Below are positions 26,876 through 39,262 of a stretch of 64,000 nucleotides of DNA, piece after piece. The first letter of the stretch is position 1. Each line of letters starts with the position of its first letter. A program made the translations under genes and the position numbers. The DNA is from Lingula anatina (taxonomy: Eukaryota > Animalia > Brachiopoda). The stretch spans positions 29,950,848 to 30,014,847 of the forward strand of contig CM120643.1 in the NCBI GenBank assembly GCA_051362555.1. The letters are read 5' to 3'. The notes beneath the pieces were generated by a model. It was not told the origin of the DNA. It saw only the letters and a list, made by a program, of their open reading frames with translations, and ran no database searches.

Positions 26876-28362
26876 ATGAAGGCATATTTATTGGTTACCT
26901 CATACTGTACAAGACATCATTATTCCACTGTTATTTTGCAAGGGTGAGGAGTGTTTTATTATTATTTTTTTATAGATGTATGGTATTAAATATTATTTTA
27001 GATTTAGGATCACTTTTTAAATTTTAATTCTTCTTTAGTGAAGAAACGGGGTTGTCATTTTTAAACTTTTTACAGAGAAACTGCATGTCTGGATGTATTT
27101 ATTAACTTTATATATAATATTTTTCTGTACTCATTAACTTCGTGTAATATTTCTCTATAATTTATATACCAGAATCTCTAGATGTTAGCTTTAATTATTG
27201 CTGAGCAAAATAAATATGTATTCATGGCTTTATTTGACTTTGTTAATTGCATTGTGGAGGTGGTTAGCAAAAGAATAAGCATGTAAGAGTTCAGATCCCC
27301 CTGTCAGGAACTGCTCAAATTTAGTGAAAAGCTCTCAATTTGGACACCATTGTAAAGATTTTGATTGGCACAAATGGAACATTTACGGTTGGCAGTCAAA
27401 GAATCTATGTTGCAATTGCACTGAGGAAATCCAACACAGACTACAATAGCCAGTTTTAATATTTTTATTGTTAGCTTGTTGCTTGCTCAATTCATTCACA
27501 TTACTGCGTTTTTCCCAAAGTTGCAGAGCTCGCAAGGTGACTGAGAGTAAATTTGAAGTACAGGTAAACATGTCTCTCGTGTGTGTATTTTAGGTCTTTT
27601 CAGCTTGGTCCAGCGAGCTGATTAACCTCCAAATGAAATCAATACTCTTTGCTCCTCTCCCTCTCTCTCGCTTTTCCTTTCTTTTATTTTCACAGGCGTG
27701 GGAAGTCAGTTTTCCTCTTTTGAAACCGCATTCGGACTGACCTTGAATCCGGTAAGGCCTACTTCTGTTGAATTCTGATCATAGTAATAAACTCAAACTA
27801 ATTGTAAAAGTGCTCTTGGATAGTTTGGATTGATGATTTAGAACAAAAATGGACTGGCAAAATTAAGTCTTGCAGTTTGTGAAATTCGTTTTCTAAGGGA
27901 ATTTGCGCCTTTTTTTATAGCTTACCATATACCTAATAAATAATAAGTAATAAATATCAGGTTGTAATTAAGTCAGATCACTAAGTGGGTCAGTACTCGC
28001 AGTCAGACTATCACTCGAAAGACTCATATAGGGCCTACCTACGATGTCAGATACATCTAGCTGTACCTGGATCTAAAGATAAGTGGGTTTATAGGAATCT
28101 GTTGGTGGATCTATCAGAACGTAAATTTAACGGGACGTAAATCTATTGAGACGTGTAGGCCTATGTATAGAGACGTATCTATCCGGACGAATATAAATTT
28201 ATTAGGACGTTTATCTATATGGCGGACCCCTTAAACGTTCCAAACTCTATGAGATGTCTATGCATGGAGGAGAGTCGCAACGTCTCCTGTGGGTGAATTA
28301 TCTGGGAAAATGCTAAAAGCAAAAAATATAAAACTTGCCTCAAACTCAATCTCTTGGAGAGA

Positions 28363-28364
<2 letters not shown>

Positions 28365-28423
<59 letters not shown>
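28365..28423. repeat. (AT)n microsatellite
   Basis: Dinucleotide run. Confidence 0.95.
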
Positions 28424-28427
<4 letters not shown>

Positions 28428-28856
28428 TATGCCTAGATCTTCCTAAAGGCCTAGACATGATGATAACTTTGATCAATCTTTCCACATACGAGATGAACAC
28501 CTTTGTTTCTAAGTCAACCCACAATTCCCTTCTCACAAACAACGAATGAAAAATTACTACATAAAAAATGAAACAACATTGAATGAAAAAAAAAAACAGT
28601 AGGCCTCTAGCTATTGCAGGAAATTTTGAAACAACATTGAATGAAGAAAAGAACATTGCATGTAAAATTTTGAAACAACATTGATGAAAAAGAAACAGAA
28701 TATGGCAAGAAAATGAAAAACATTGAATAACAAGAAATTTAATTGAATGAAATATAAATTTATTGAACATTGCAAGTTATTTGCAACACATTTCATGCCA
28801 GCATACCCCGACATGTAGGCGAGTTTGTTAGTGATTGCGTTAGGTGTACTCCAGAC

Positions 28857-29069
28857 ATTGCGTCAACTTCTTGCAAGGTCAGGGTCATATCTATTTTTTT
28901 CTTTTTTCCTTCTGTTATGAATTATCACACAAATTTTAAATAAAATATACAATAAACCATCTAGAATTGTATTTTTCTTTGAAAAATATGTGACAAGAAT
29001 TATTCTGCTCCAAAATTGGCAGCAAATTGACCAATCAGAAATCGACAAATACTATGCAGGTCACGTGAC
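28857..29069 (+). promoter_or_regulatory. Putative HERPUD promoter: C/EBP-ATF-like site, CCAAT boxes, palindromic E-box
   Basis: attgcgtcaa 28857-66; attgg 29015-19; ccaat 29031-35; GTCACGTGAC 29060-69; followed by a candidate non-coding exon ending ttttg|gtaggt near 29131. Confidence 0.5.
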
Positions 29070-29338
29070 TGCCATCATCAAAACCAGGATACGGGAAGTT
29101 GGGGAAGATTTTGGAACTACTTGAGCGTTTTGGTAGGTTGCTCTTCGTTATCAGCGCTAAACTTTGAGATTTAGAGCTAGACCAACCCCAACTTATGTTT
29201 CTATTTATTGTGGAGATGTACATGTAAATTATAAACAAAGTGTGGAAATTACCGATTCGATTGATGTGTGTCACCGACCCTGTTACATATATGTGGCTTA
29301 TTTATATGTGGTTTGTTTATATTTTGTGCAGCAGAGAC

Positions 29339-29495
29339 ATGGATCAGTTACTCAGCTCCTCGCCCGTCACTCTGATAGTCAAAGCTCCAAACCAAAAGAT
29401 TGACGATCATAAGGTTGCCTGTTGTTTGAATTGGACTGTGAAAAAACTGAAAGAACACTTGGCAGAGAGTTATCCCAGTAAACCGGTAGGTATTT

Positions 29496-29534
<39 letters not shown>

Positions 29535-29614
29535 TATCCCAGTAAACTGGTAGGAACTTCAACACACACACACACGCACACACACAGTTATCCCAGTAAA
29601 CCGGTAGGTACTTC

Positions 29615-29654
<40 letters not shown>

Positions 29655-29832
29655 TATCCCAGTAAACCGGTAGGTACTTCAACACACACACACACACACA
29701 CACACATACAAACACACACACACACACACACACACAGTTATCCCAGTAAACCGGTAGGTACTTCAACACACACACAAACACACACACACACACACACACA
29801 CAGAGTTATCCCAGTAAACCGGTAGGAACTTC

Positions 29833-29880
<48 letters not shown>

Positions 29881-29907
29881 TATCCCAGTAAACCGGTAGG
29901 TACTTCA

Positions 29908-29966
<59 letters not shown>

Positions 29967-29992
29967 TATCCCAGTAAACTGGTAGGTACTTC

Positions 29993-30028
<36 letters not shown>

Positions 30029-30051
30029 TATCCTAGTAAACCGGTAGGAAC

Positions 30052-30090
<39 letters not shown>

Positions 30091-30115
30091 ATCCCAGTAA
30101 ATTGGTAGGTACTTC

Positions 30116-30161
<46 letters not shown>

Positions 30162-30243
30162 TATCCCAGTAAACCGGTAGGAACTTCACACACACACACA
30201 CACACACACACAGAGTTATCCCAGTAAACTGGTAGGAACTTCA

Positions 30244-30274
<31 letters not shown>

Positions 30275-30306
30275 TATCCCAGTAAACTGGTAGGAACTTC
30301 AACACA

Positions 30307-30344
<38 letters not shown>

Positions 30345-30370
30345 TATCCCAGTAAACCAGTAGGTACTTC

Positions 30371-30406
<36 letters not shown>

Positions 30407-30433
30407 GAGTTATCCCAGTAAACCGGTAGGAAC

Positions 30434-30476
<43 letters not shown>

Positions 30477-33400
30477 AGAGAGAGAGAGAAAGAAAGAACA
30501 GGACAAATCCCTGTATTGGTAAATTAGCTTTGTTGGAGGTTGAACAATGCTATTGTTATGTCCCCTCCTGTGGTCTTGCTTACACTAACCAGATCACTTG
30601 TGCCCCTTGGTGTAAGATGGGTTATAAGTTGACTTAAAAAGCATTCAGAGAGTGCAGATCTCTGCCAAGACAAAAAAATTAACTTATAAATAATCATTTA
30701 TTAATCGATGGATCATGGTTATTCATTCACTAATAGATCATCACTAAAATCTAATTATTTCTTTTGTGAACTTCGGCAAAAACATGGAAATTTTTGTCAG
30801 CCTTGAAAATTTTATTGGAAGGTGATCCTTTGCTGATTTTTTTTTTCACTTCGAAAATTTTGTGAATATGGGCCGCTCAATAATTTTGAAAGTCTTGCAG
30901 GATATATGCATTTTTAAATATTCAAGTGACAAAATGTTCAAGTTTTTGCAGTATCCTATAAATTTCATAAAATCAGTTCCTTACTTTTTGACTTAATTAA
31001 CTAATAATTACTAGTAATAGACCATCAACAAAATGTAATAATTTCTTCCGAGGTCCATTTGTGACCTATTCTGAAAATTTCATCAAAATCCATTCATTTC
31101 TTTTTGTGTAAAGTAGTTTACAGACAAACAGTAAGGAATCAATACAATTGAAAAAAAAATGAAAAAATGAAGAAATAAAGAAAAAATGATTATTTAGAAT
31201 TATAAATATTTTCTTGTTGCAGAAAGAGGACCAGCAAAAGATAATATACTCAGGAAAGCTTCTCCATGACCACTTGACACTCCGAGATGTTATAAGACAG
31301 GTAAACTTTGTGCACCATATCACAACGTAAACTGACTCTGCACCATATCACAACATAAACTGACTCTGTGCACCCTATCACAACGTAAACTGACTCTGTG
31401 CACCCTATCACAACGTAAACTGACACTGTGCACCCTATCACAACATAAACTGACTCTGGGCACCCAATTACATTATAAACTGACTCTGTGCACCCTATCA
31501 CATTATAAACTGACTCTGTGCACCCAATTGCAACATAAACTGACTCTGTTCTCCCAGTCACAACATAAACTGATTCTGTGCACCCAATCATAATTTTTTT
31601 TTTTTTTTTGGTTTCTTGTAAAGGGTTAGGGACACTTTGCAAAAAAGATGATGTGTAAATTCTTATGTGTAAAAGTGGTAACTGTACTGGAGTATAATAA
31701 TAATATAATAGTATATATATATATTTTAAGTCTGAATTCCATATAGATATGTTCAGTAGACTTTACAGTTATGTGCTGGTGCATTACATATATATAACAA
31801 ATACTAATAGACACCTGGTCTTCACAATCTGTGTAAACGATCTCGCCTAACTGGGGAGGATACAGCCCTGCTGCCGCATGAAGTGCTGAGTACTGTCAAA
31901 CCTACAATGTCGTTCTCTGCCTGACCAGGCCCCTGCTTTAACCCCTAAGTGCTGACTGCCAAGCAGGGAGACAGCAGGTACTGTTTATAAAGGACTGGTA
32001 TGTCACCGGATGGGGTCAAACCCACATCCTCCTGCTCCGGAGGCAGACACTCTAACCACAAAGCCATCCGGTCGGAGTATACTGACAACATGTTGGGACT
32101 GAGGTCAATTCCTATCATGTACTTCTGTCATAAAAACCAAACAATTCCAGAGCCTCTTCCAAGTATAGAAATCTTGACTTCCTGTTGAAGAGGTCTCCTG
32201 TTGCCTGTTACTTCCAAGTTGTCAGTTAACACTGAAGTCTTCCATTTCATCTGACAGTTTTATTTCTAAACCAGACAACTGACCTCATCTGTTGTGTTTC
32301 AGTATGAAGAAAAGGAACATCAATGTCACACAGTTCACAATTATATTTATAAACAACTGATCTCATCTGTTGTGTTTCAGTATGAAGAAAAGGAACATCA
32401 ATGTCACACAGTTCACAATTATATTTATAAACAACTGGCCTCATCTGTTGTGTTTCAGTATGAAGAAAAGGAACATCAATGTCACACAGTTCACAATTAT
32501 ATTTATAAACAACTGGCCTCATCTGTTGTGTTTCAGTATGAAGAAAAGGAACATCAATGTCACACAGTTCACAATTATATTTATAAACAACTGACCTCAT
32601 CTGTTGTGTTTCAGTATGAAGAAAAGGAACATCAATGTCACACAGTTCACAATTATATTTATAAACAACTGACCTCATCTGTTGTGTTTCAGTATGAAGA
32701 AAAGGAACATCAATGTCACACAGTTCACAATTATATTTATAAACAACTGACCTCATCTGTTGTGTTTCAGTATGAAGAAAAGGAGCATCAATGTCACACA
32801 GTTCACAATTATATTTATAAACAACTGACCTCATCTGTTGTGTTTCAGTATGAAGAAAAGGAACATCAATGTCACACAGTTCACCTGGTTTGTTCATCAA
32901 GTGCGCAGCACACACCTGATGCTAAGAGTGAAACAAAGTTAACTACTTCACAGGTAAGTCATGTGACTAACACACCTGACACTAAGGAAGAAACAAAGTT
33001 AACTACTTCACAGGTAAGTCATGTGACTAACACACCTGACACTAAGGAAGAAACAAAGTTGACTACTTCACAGGTAAGTCATGTGACTAACACATCTGAC
33101 ACTAAGGAAGAAACAAAGTTGACTACTTCACAGGTAAGTCATGTGACTAACACATCTGACACTAAGGAAGAAACAAAGTTGACTACTTCACAGGTAAGTC
33201 ATGTGACTAACACATCTGACACTAAGGAAGAAACAAAGTTAACTACTTCACAGGTAAGTCATGTGACTAACACATCTGACACTAAGGAAGAAACAAAGTT
33301 GACTACTTCACAGGTAAGTCATGTGACTAACACATCTGACACTAAGGAAGAAACAAAGTTGACTACTTCACAGGTAAGTCATGTGACTAACACATCTGAC

Positions 33401-36400
33401 ACTAAGGAAGAAACAAAGTTAACTACTTCACAGGTAAGTCATGTGACTAACACCTGACACTAAGGAAGAAACAAAGTTAACTACTTCACAGGTAAGTCAT
33501 GTGACTAACACACTGACACTAAGGAAGAAACAAAGTTAACTACTTCACAGGTAAGTCGTGACTAACACCTGACACTAAGGAAGAAACAAAGTTAACTACT
33601 TCACAGGTAAGTCATGTGACTAACACCTGACACTAAGGAAGAAACAAAGTTAACTACTTCACAGGTAAGTCATGTGACTAACACACTTGACACCAAACTT
33701 GAAACAAATCTGAAGTTACATGTAAAGGAAGCATGGATTGCCAGTAACAAGGTCAAACCTTTTCTTCTAGTTTCTTATATGAATAAAATGAAGTCGACAT
33801 GCCAAGGCATTAACAAAATGAATCTGTCGCAAAAACATAGCTAAAGAACTGCATCTTCAAAATTTTCCATGACCAGTGTCATTTTTTGCCTTTGATGAGG
33901 ACTTTATTCTTTATGTTGGCTGTAGTTAGATGTGCTTATTCATGATAAAACAGTTGCTAAACCTATTTTCAAATCAAAACGGTTGAAGCCTAATCTGTTA
34001 TTGATAGAGTCCCCCCAGTGTGAACATTGTGTCACAGTCGTCAGGTGTCCAGCAGTCAGTCACACCAGACCAGAGTGGACTACGACACAGAGGAGTCGCC
34101 ACCCCTCAGTCACACCTCCCCACCCCTCAGTCACAGTCTGAAGCTTATCAACAGATGTTTGGGTAGGTCACTGAGAGAGGCTTTTAAAGTTTTGAAGAGG
34201 AATTATATATTATTTCTGTGGCCACAAATTTGGGTACATTATGTAATTGGGTTACAGTTCTGGAAAGATTGGTATTTCTTTATCTGTATTTGTTTGTTTG
34301 AATGTCAAAATGAAATGAACAAGGATTTGTGGAAGGCATAACAAGGTTTGCTGACATCTGTCTGATACTGGTAGTGACAGAGTTAGTCTTGTTTTCAGTG
34401 CAAGCCCTATGTATGCCAGTTACTACCAGATGATGCAGCAGACAGCAGGCGCCCCCTATAGTCCACACCAGATGATGCAGTATGCAGCAGGCGCCCCCTA
34501 CAGTCCACAGCAATTGATGGCAATGCAGCAGCTGTATGCACAGCAGATGGCTCAGTACATGCAACTGTAGGTGACATTCATATCTATGCATCCACACAGA
34601 ATTACATCAGATAATGACAGTTTAAAGGCGTCCATCATAATATATTGATTTATTTCAGGATATATCACTTTAAATGCAGATCTGGTTCCTTAATCATAAC
34701 CAAAGAAGTGTAATTCAACTAGTATTTAACTTACAGAGTGCAGCAGGGTGGAGTTCCTCAGTCCCCTACGCAGGGTGTGACGCAACCGATGCCACCGCCT
34801 GACGCCAATGTCCCAGCAGCAGCCAATCAGCACCCTGCTAACAACCAAAGACAAGGCAATAACAACCAGAACCTGGTGATGAACGCTCAGGGCGGCGCTA
34901 TGTTTCAGGAGGAAGAGGAGGAAGAGAACCGTGACTGGCTAGACTGGGTGTATACACTTAGTAGATTCTCTGTGCTCCTGAGTATTGTCTACTTCTACTC
35001 CACATTGAGCAGATTCCTCATGGTCCTAGGCTTCTTTGTCCTGGTCTATATGTGAGTACCAGTGTTCTTTATCTTAGTCTATATGTGAGTACCAGTGTTC
35101 TTTATCTTAGTCTATATGTGAGTACCAGTGTTCTTTATCTTAGTCTATATGTGAGTACCAGCGTTCTTTATCCTAGTCTATATGTGAGTACCAGTGTTCT
35201 TTATCTTAGTCTATATGTGAGTACCAGTGTTCTTTATCTTAGTCTATATGTGAGTACCAGTGTTCTTTATCTTAGTCTATATGTGAGTACCACTGTTCTT
35301 TATCTTAGTCTATATGTGAGTACCACTGTTCTTTGTCCTGTCCTAGTGAGTACCACTGACAATATTTGATGTAACTTGTATTTGATATGATGTAACTTGC
35401 TATCACAATAGTTGTTGTATTTGGTGTGGTTTAGTGGCAGTGATATGATGTAACTTGTTATGACAATAGTTGTTGTATTTGGTCTGGTTTAGTGGCAGTG
35501 ATATGATGTAACTTGCTTTGACAATATTTGTTGCAGTTACGAGGCAGGGTGGCTAAGACCCAGGAGACGAGAGGCCGGAAATGGTAACATACAGCACCAA
35601 CAACAACAGCAACAGCAGCAGCAACCACAGCAAGGCCAGGAGCAGCCACAGGATAACCCAGTAAGTGTTTTAATCCTCTACAGTTGCACACCCATACCAA
35701 ACAGCTACTGCGTAAGTTAAAATACTTTCTGGAACACACCTATAGAAGTTTCTTTAAAAAAAGACACAATCCTTTTAAAAGCTTTTAGTTTCCTAAAAAA
35801 GTACATTTGCTGTCTTGCCTTTTTCAGTAGTTTCATGGTGTTATCACTCCAGGTTACTCTGTTGTTCAGTTGGACACCAAGTAATTTATATTCTTGTCTT
35901 TTTCAGTAGTTTCATGGTGTTATCACTCCAGGTTACTCTGTTGTTTAGTTGGACACCCAGTAATTTATATTCTTGTCTTTTTCAGTAGTTTCATGGTGTT
36001 ATCACTCCAGGTTACTCTGTTGTTTAGTTGGACACCCAGTAATTTATATTCTTGTCTTTTTCAGTAGTTTCATGGTGTTATCACTCCAGGTTACTCTGTT
36101 GTTTAGTTGGACACCCAGTAATTTATATTCTTGTCTTTTTCAGTAGTTTCATGGTGTTATCACTCCAGGTTACTCTGTTGTTCAGTTGGACACCAAGTAA
36201 TTTATATTCTTGTCTTTTTCACTAGTTTCATGGTGTTATCACTCCAGGTTACTCTGTTGTTTAGTTGGACACCCAGTAATTTATATTCTTGTCTTTTTCA
36301 GTAGTTTCATGGTGTTATCACTCCAGGTTACTCTGTTGTTCAGTTGGACACCCAGTAATTTATGTTCTTGTCTTTTTCAGTAGTTTCATGGTGTTATCAC

Positions 36401-38440
36401 TCCAGGTTACTCTGTTGTTTAGTTGGACACCCAGTAATTTATATTCTTGTCTTTTTCAGTAGTTTCATGGTGTTATCACTCCAGGTTACTCTGTTGTTTA
36501 GTTGGACACCCAGTAATTTATATTCTTGTCTTTTTCAGTAGTTTCATGGTGTTATCACTCCAGGTTACTCTGTTGTTTAGTTGGACACCCAGTAATTTAT
36601 ATTCTTGTCTTTTTCAGTAGTTTCATGGTGTTATCACTCCAGGTTACTCTGTTGTTTAGTTGGACACCCAGTAATTTATATTCTTGTCTTTTTCAGTAGT
36701 TTCATGGTGTTATCACTCCAGGTTACTCTGTTGTTTAGTTGGACACCCAGTAATTTATATTCTTGTCTTTTTCAGTAGTTTCATGGTGTTATCACTCCAG
36801 GTTACTCTGTTGTTTAGTTGGACACCCAGTAATTTATATTCTTGTCTTTTTCAGTAGTTTCATGGTGTTATCACTCCAGGTTACTCTGTTGTTTAGTTGG
36901 ACACCCAGTAATTTATATTCTTGTCTTTTTCAGTAGTTTCATGGTGTTATCACTCCAGGTTACTCTGTTGTTTAGTTGGACACCCAGTAATTTATATTCT
37001 TGTCTTTTTCACTAGTTTCATGGTGTTATCACTCCAGGTTACTCTGTTGTTCAGTTGGACACCCAGTAATTTATATTCTTGTCTTTTTCAGTAGTTTCAT
37101 GGTGTTATCACTCCAGGTTACTCTGTTGTTCAGTTGGACACCCAGTAATTTATATTCTTGTCTTTTTCAGTAGTTTCATGGTGTTATCACTCCAGGTTAC
37201 TCTGTTGTTCAGTTGGACACCCAGTAATTTATATTCTTGTCTTTTTCACTAGTTTCATGGTGTTATCACTCCAGGTTACTCTGTTGTTCAGTTGGACACC
37301 AAGTAATTTATATTCTTGTCTTTTTCAGTAGTTTCATGGTGTTATCACTCCAGGTTACTCTGTTGTTTAGTTGGACACCCAGTAATTTATATTCTTGTCT
37401 TTTTCAGTAGTTTCATGGTGTTATCACTCCAGGTTACTCTGTTGTTTAGTTGGACACCCAGTAATTTATATTCTTGTCTTTTTCAGTAGTTTCATGGTGT
37501 TATCACTCCAGGTTACTCTGTTGTTTAGTTGGACACCCAGTAATTTATATTCTTGTCTTTTTCAGTAGTTTCATGGTGTTATCACTCCAGGTTACTCTGT
37601 TGTTCAGTTGGACACCCAGTAATTTATATTCTTGTCTTTTTCACTAGTTTCATGGTGTTATCACTCCAGGTTACTCTGTTGTTTAGTTGGACACCCAGTA
37701 ATTTATATTCTTGTCTTTTTCACTAGTTTCATGGTGTTATCACTCCAGGTTACTCTGTTGTTTAGTTGGACACCCAGTAATTTATATTCTTGTCTTTTTC
37801 ACTAGTTTCATGGTGTTATCACTCCAGGTTACTCTGTTGTTCAGTTGGACACCCAGTAATTTATATTCTTGTCTTTTTCAGTAGTTTCATGGTGTTATCA
37901 CTCCAGGTTACTCTGTTGTTCAGTTGGACACCAAGTAATTTATAATCACAGTCCCGTTTGACAGTTTTGCCGTTAATTTCTATGGGACTTTCACAGTTCT
38001 GATGTTTTCTGTAGTCTACCATTAGGCAACGGTTATTTCTTTTGTTTTGCTCACATTCAGTATAAAGTCCTTGTCTCTACACCAATTTACTAAAGTTGTC
38101 ATCAACTGCTTAGCTATACAAAGTCTCATTATTAAGGTAGACAAATGTAGATAAAGACTGATAAATAGAATATCTGTTGAATGAGCAATGTGACATTATG
38201 ATCAAATTGAAAGAGAAGATTAAGAAGAGTGCCTACTTATTTTTATGAATATTTTTATTACAGACTGAAATCCAAGATCCCCCTGAAGACAGGCTTCCAG
38301 ATGTCAGCACAGAGCAAGAGGAGCCTGCTGAGCCCCAAGTCCCCCCCAGACCACATCCTGTGAAGATAGCGTGGAATTTTCTTTCAGGTTTCTTCTCCTC
38401 ACTGATACCCCAGCAGCCACAGGCAGTGAATTTAAACTAG
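29339..38440 (+). CDS. HERPUD: Homocysteine-responsive ER-resident ubiquitin-like domain protein (Herp, HERPUD1/2 orthologue), 422 aa, 8 coding exons
   Basis: join(29339-29485,31223-31300,32849-32953,34008-34162,34399-34566,34737-35051,35537-35660,38264-38440) = 1269 nt, phases consistent. [14 protein letters not shown]...[10 protein letters not shown]...HTVHLVC; GLRHR; MNAQGG...[25 protein letters not shown]; C-terminal [14 protein letters not shown]. Confidence 0.95.
29464..30470 (+). repeat. Compound array: ~15 copies of the HERPUD exon-1 end and donor, separated by variable (CA)n
   Basis: cagagttatcccagtaaaccg|gtagg(t/a)acttcaa followed by (CA)n. Confidence 0.92.
31301..31592 (+). repeat. 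30-bp tandem repeat starting at the HERPUD exon-2 donor (~9 copies)
   Basis: Unit gtaaactgactctgtgcaccctatcacaac; first unit begins at GT 31301. Confidence 0.85.
31824..32074 (-). mobile_element. tRNA-derived SINE (Meta/MESC-like core)
   Basis: Minus strand: A-box tggctttgtggttagag, B-box ggtttgacccc, then gacataccagtcctttataaacagtacctgctgtctccctgcttggcagtcagcacttag resembling the Meta/MESC SINE core (from memory). Confidence 0.65.
32274..32884 (+). repeat. 78-bp array with 8 copies of the HERPUD exon-3 acceptor and exon start
   Basis: tgtgtttcag|tatgaagaaaag with AG ending at 32302, 32380, 32458, 32536, 32614, 32692, 32770, 32848. Confidence 0.95.
32910..33690 (+). repeat. 60-bp array with 13 copies of the HERPUD exon-3 end and donor
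   Basis: actacttcacag|gtaagtc at 32953 + 60n up to 33433, then 33491, 33550, 33606, 33664. Confidence 0.95.
35044..35358 (+). repeat. 33-bp array reiterating the HERPUD exon-6 donor (~9 copies)
   Basis: gtctatat|gtgagtaccagtgttctttatctta. Confidence 0.92.
35815..37943. repeat. 79-bp minisatellite (~27 copies) in HERPUD intron 7
   Basis: Unit tctttttcagtagtttcatggtgttatcactccaggttactctgttgtttagttggacacccagtaatttatattcttg. Confidence 0.95.
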
Positions 38441-39093
38441 ACACACTGCAAACTTTACCATGCATTTGAACTGGAATATACGAAGCTGTGTTCGCATTTT
38501 TAAACAAAAAATTGCAAATACCAATTATGTAAAGACAAATGGTGCTTGGATGTTGCAGATTTGGCCCTCTGAAGATTATACAGTTTTATGAGCAATATTC
38601 ATACAGTTTCCTCTCAGAAACGAGCCTGTTCAATTTATAATGAGCAACATGGAATCTTAAGACAGAGGCCTTGTTGAGAATTATCTGAGCTCATTGAAGC
38701 AAAGCCAAAGTGTTTCATAATATTTAGTTAATAGTAGACCTAAAACTGTAGAAACATTTATGTGTGTTGGAATAAGTATTATAGTCTGACTTCCTTTCCT
38801 GTGATAGTGGGCATTGACATCTTCTAGCTTTAAAACGGTAGTTTCTGAAATAACCTATTTAAGGAAATGTATTAAACTATTCTACTACAAATTCTACTCT
38901 TTCCCACTTGGGGTCCCAGTGCCATTGATCAACTTACATACAAGGTATATTGTATTTATGGGGCTTCAATGTAATCTGCACTTTATTTATAAAATGGTTC
39001 ATTTGTTTATCATCTTCATCCAGGAAATGTTAACTTGAACTAGGATAACTTCACTGGTTGTAAACAGCTATAGGAATGTCCTCCTAGCAGTTA

Positions 39094-39262
39094 ACATGTG
39101 TACAGCAACATCTACAGTCAGGCCAGTTTTGCACATGTGCACAGCAACATCTACAGTCAGGCCAGTTTTGCACATGTGCACAGCAACATCTACAGTCAGG
39201 CCAGTTTTGCACATGTGTACAGCAACATCTACAGTCAGGCCAGTTTTGCACGTGTGTACATG
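39094..39262. repeat. 39-bp repeat x4, probably in the HERPUD 3' UTR
   Basis: acatgtgcacagcaacatctacagtcaggccagttttgc. Confidence 0.9.

Noticed and set aside
29464-30470. CRISPR-like repeat/spacer appearance
   Set aside because: Spacers are simply (CA)n, the repeat is the HERPUD exon-1 donor, there are no cas genes and the context is eukaryotic
31990-32074. Possible tRNA gene
   Set aside because: A/B boxes are degenerate and run into a SINE core; no convincing cloverleaf
32247-32915. 222-aa minus-strand repeat ORF
   Set aside because: Antisense reading of the 78-bp acceptor array
35052-35369. 105-aa [11 protein letters not shown] repeat ORF as a HERPUD extension
   Set aside because: Different frame from HERPUD, whose frame stops at TGA immediately after the donor
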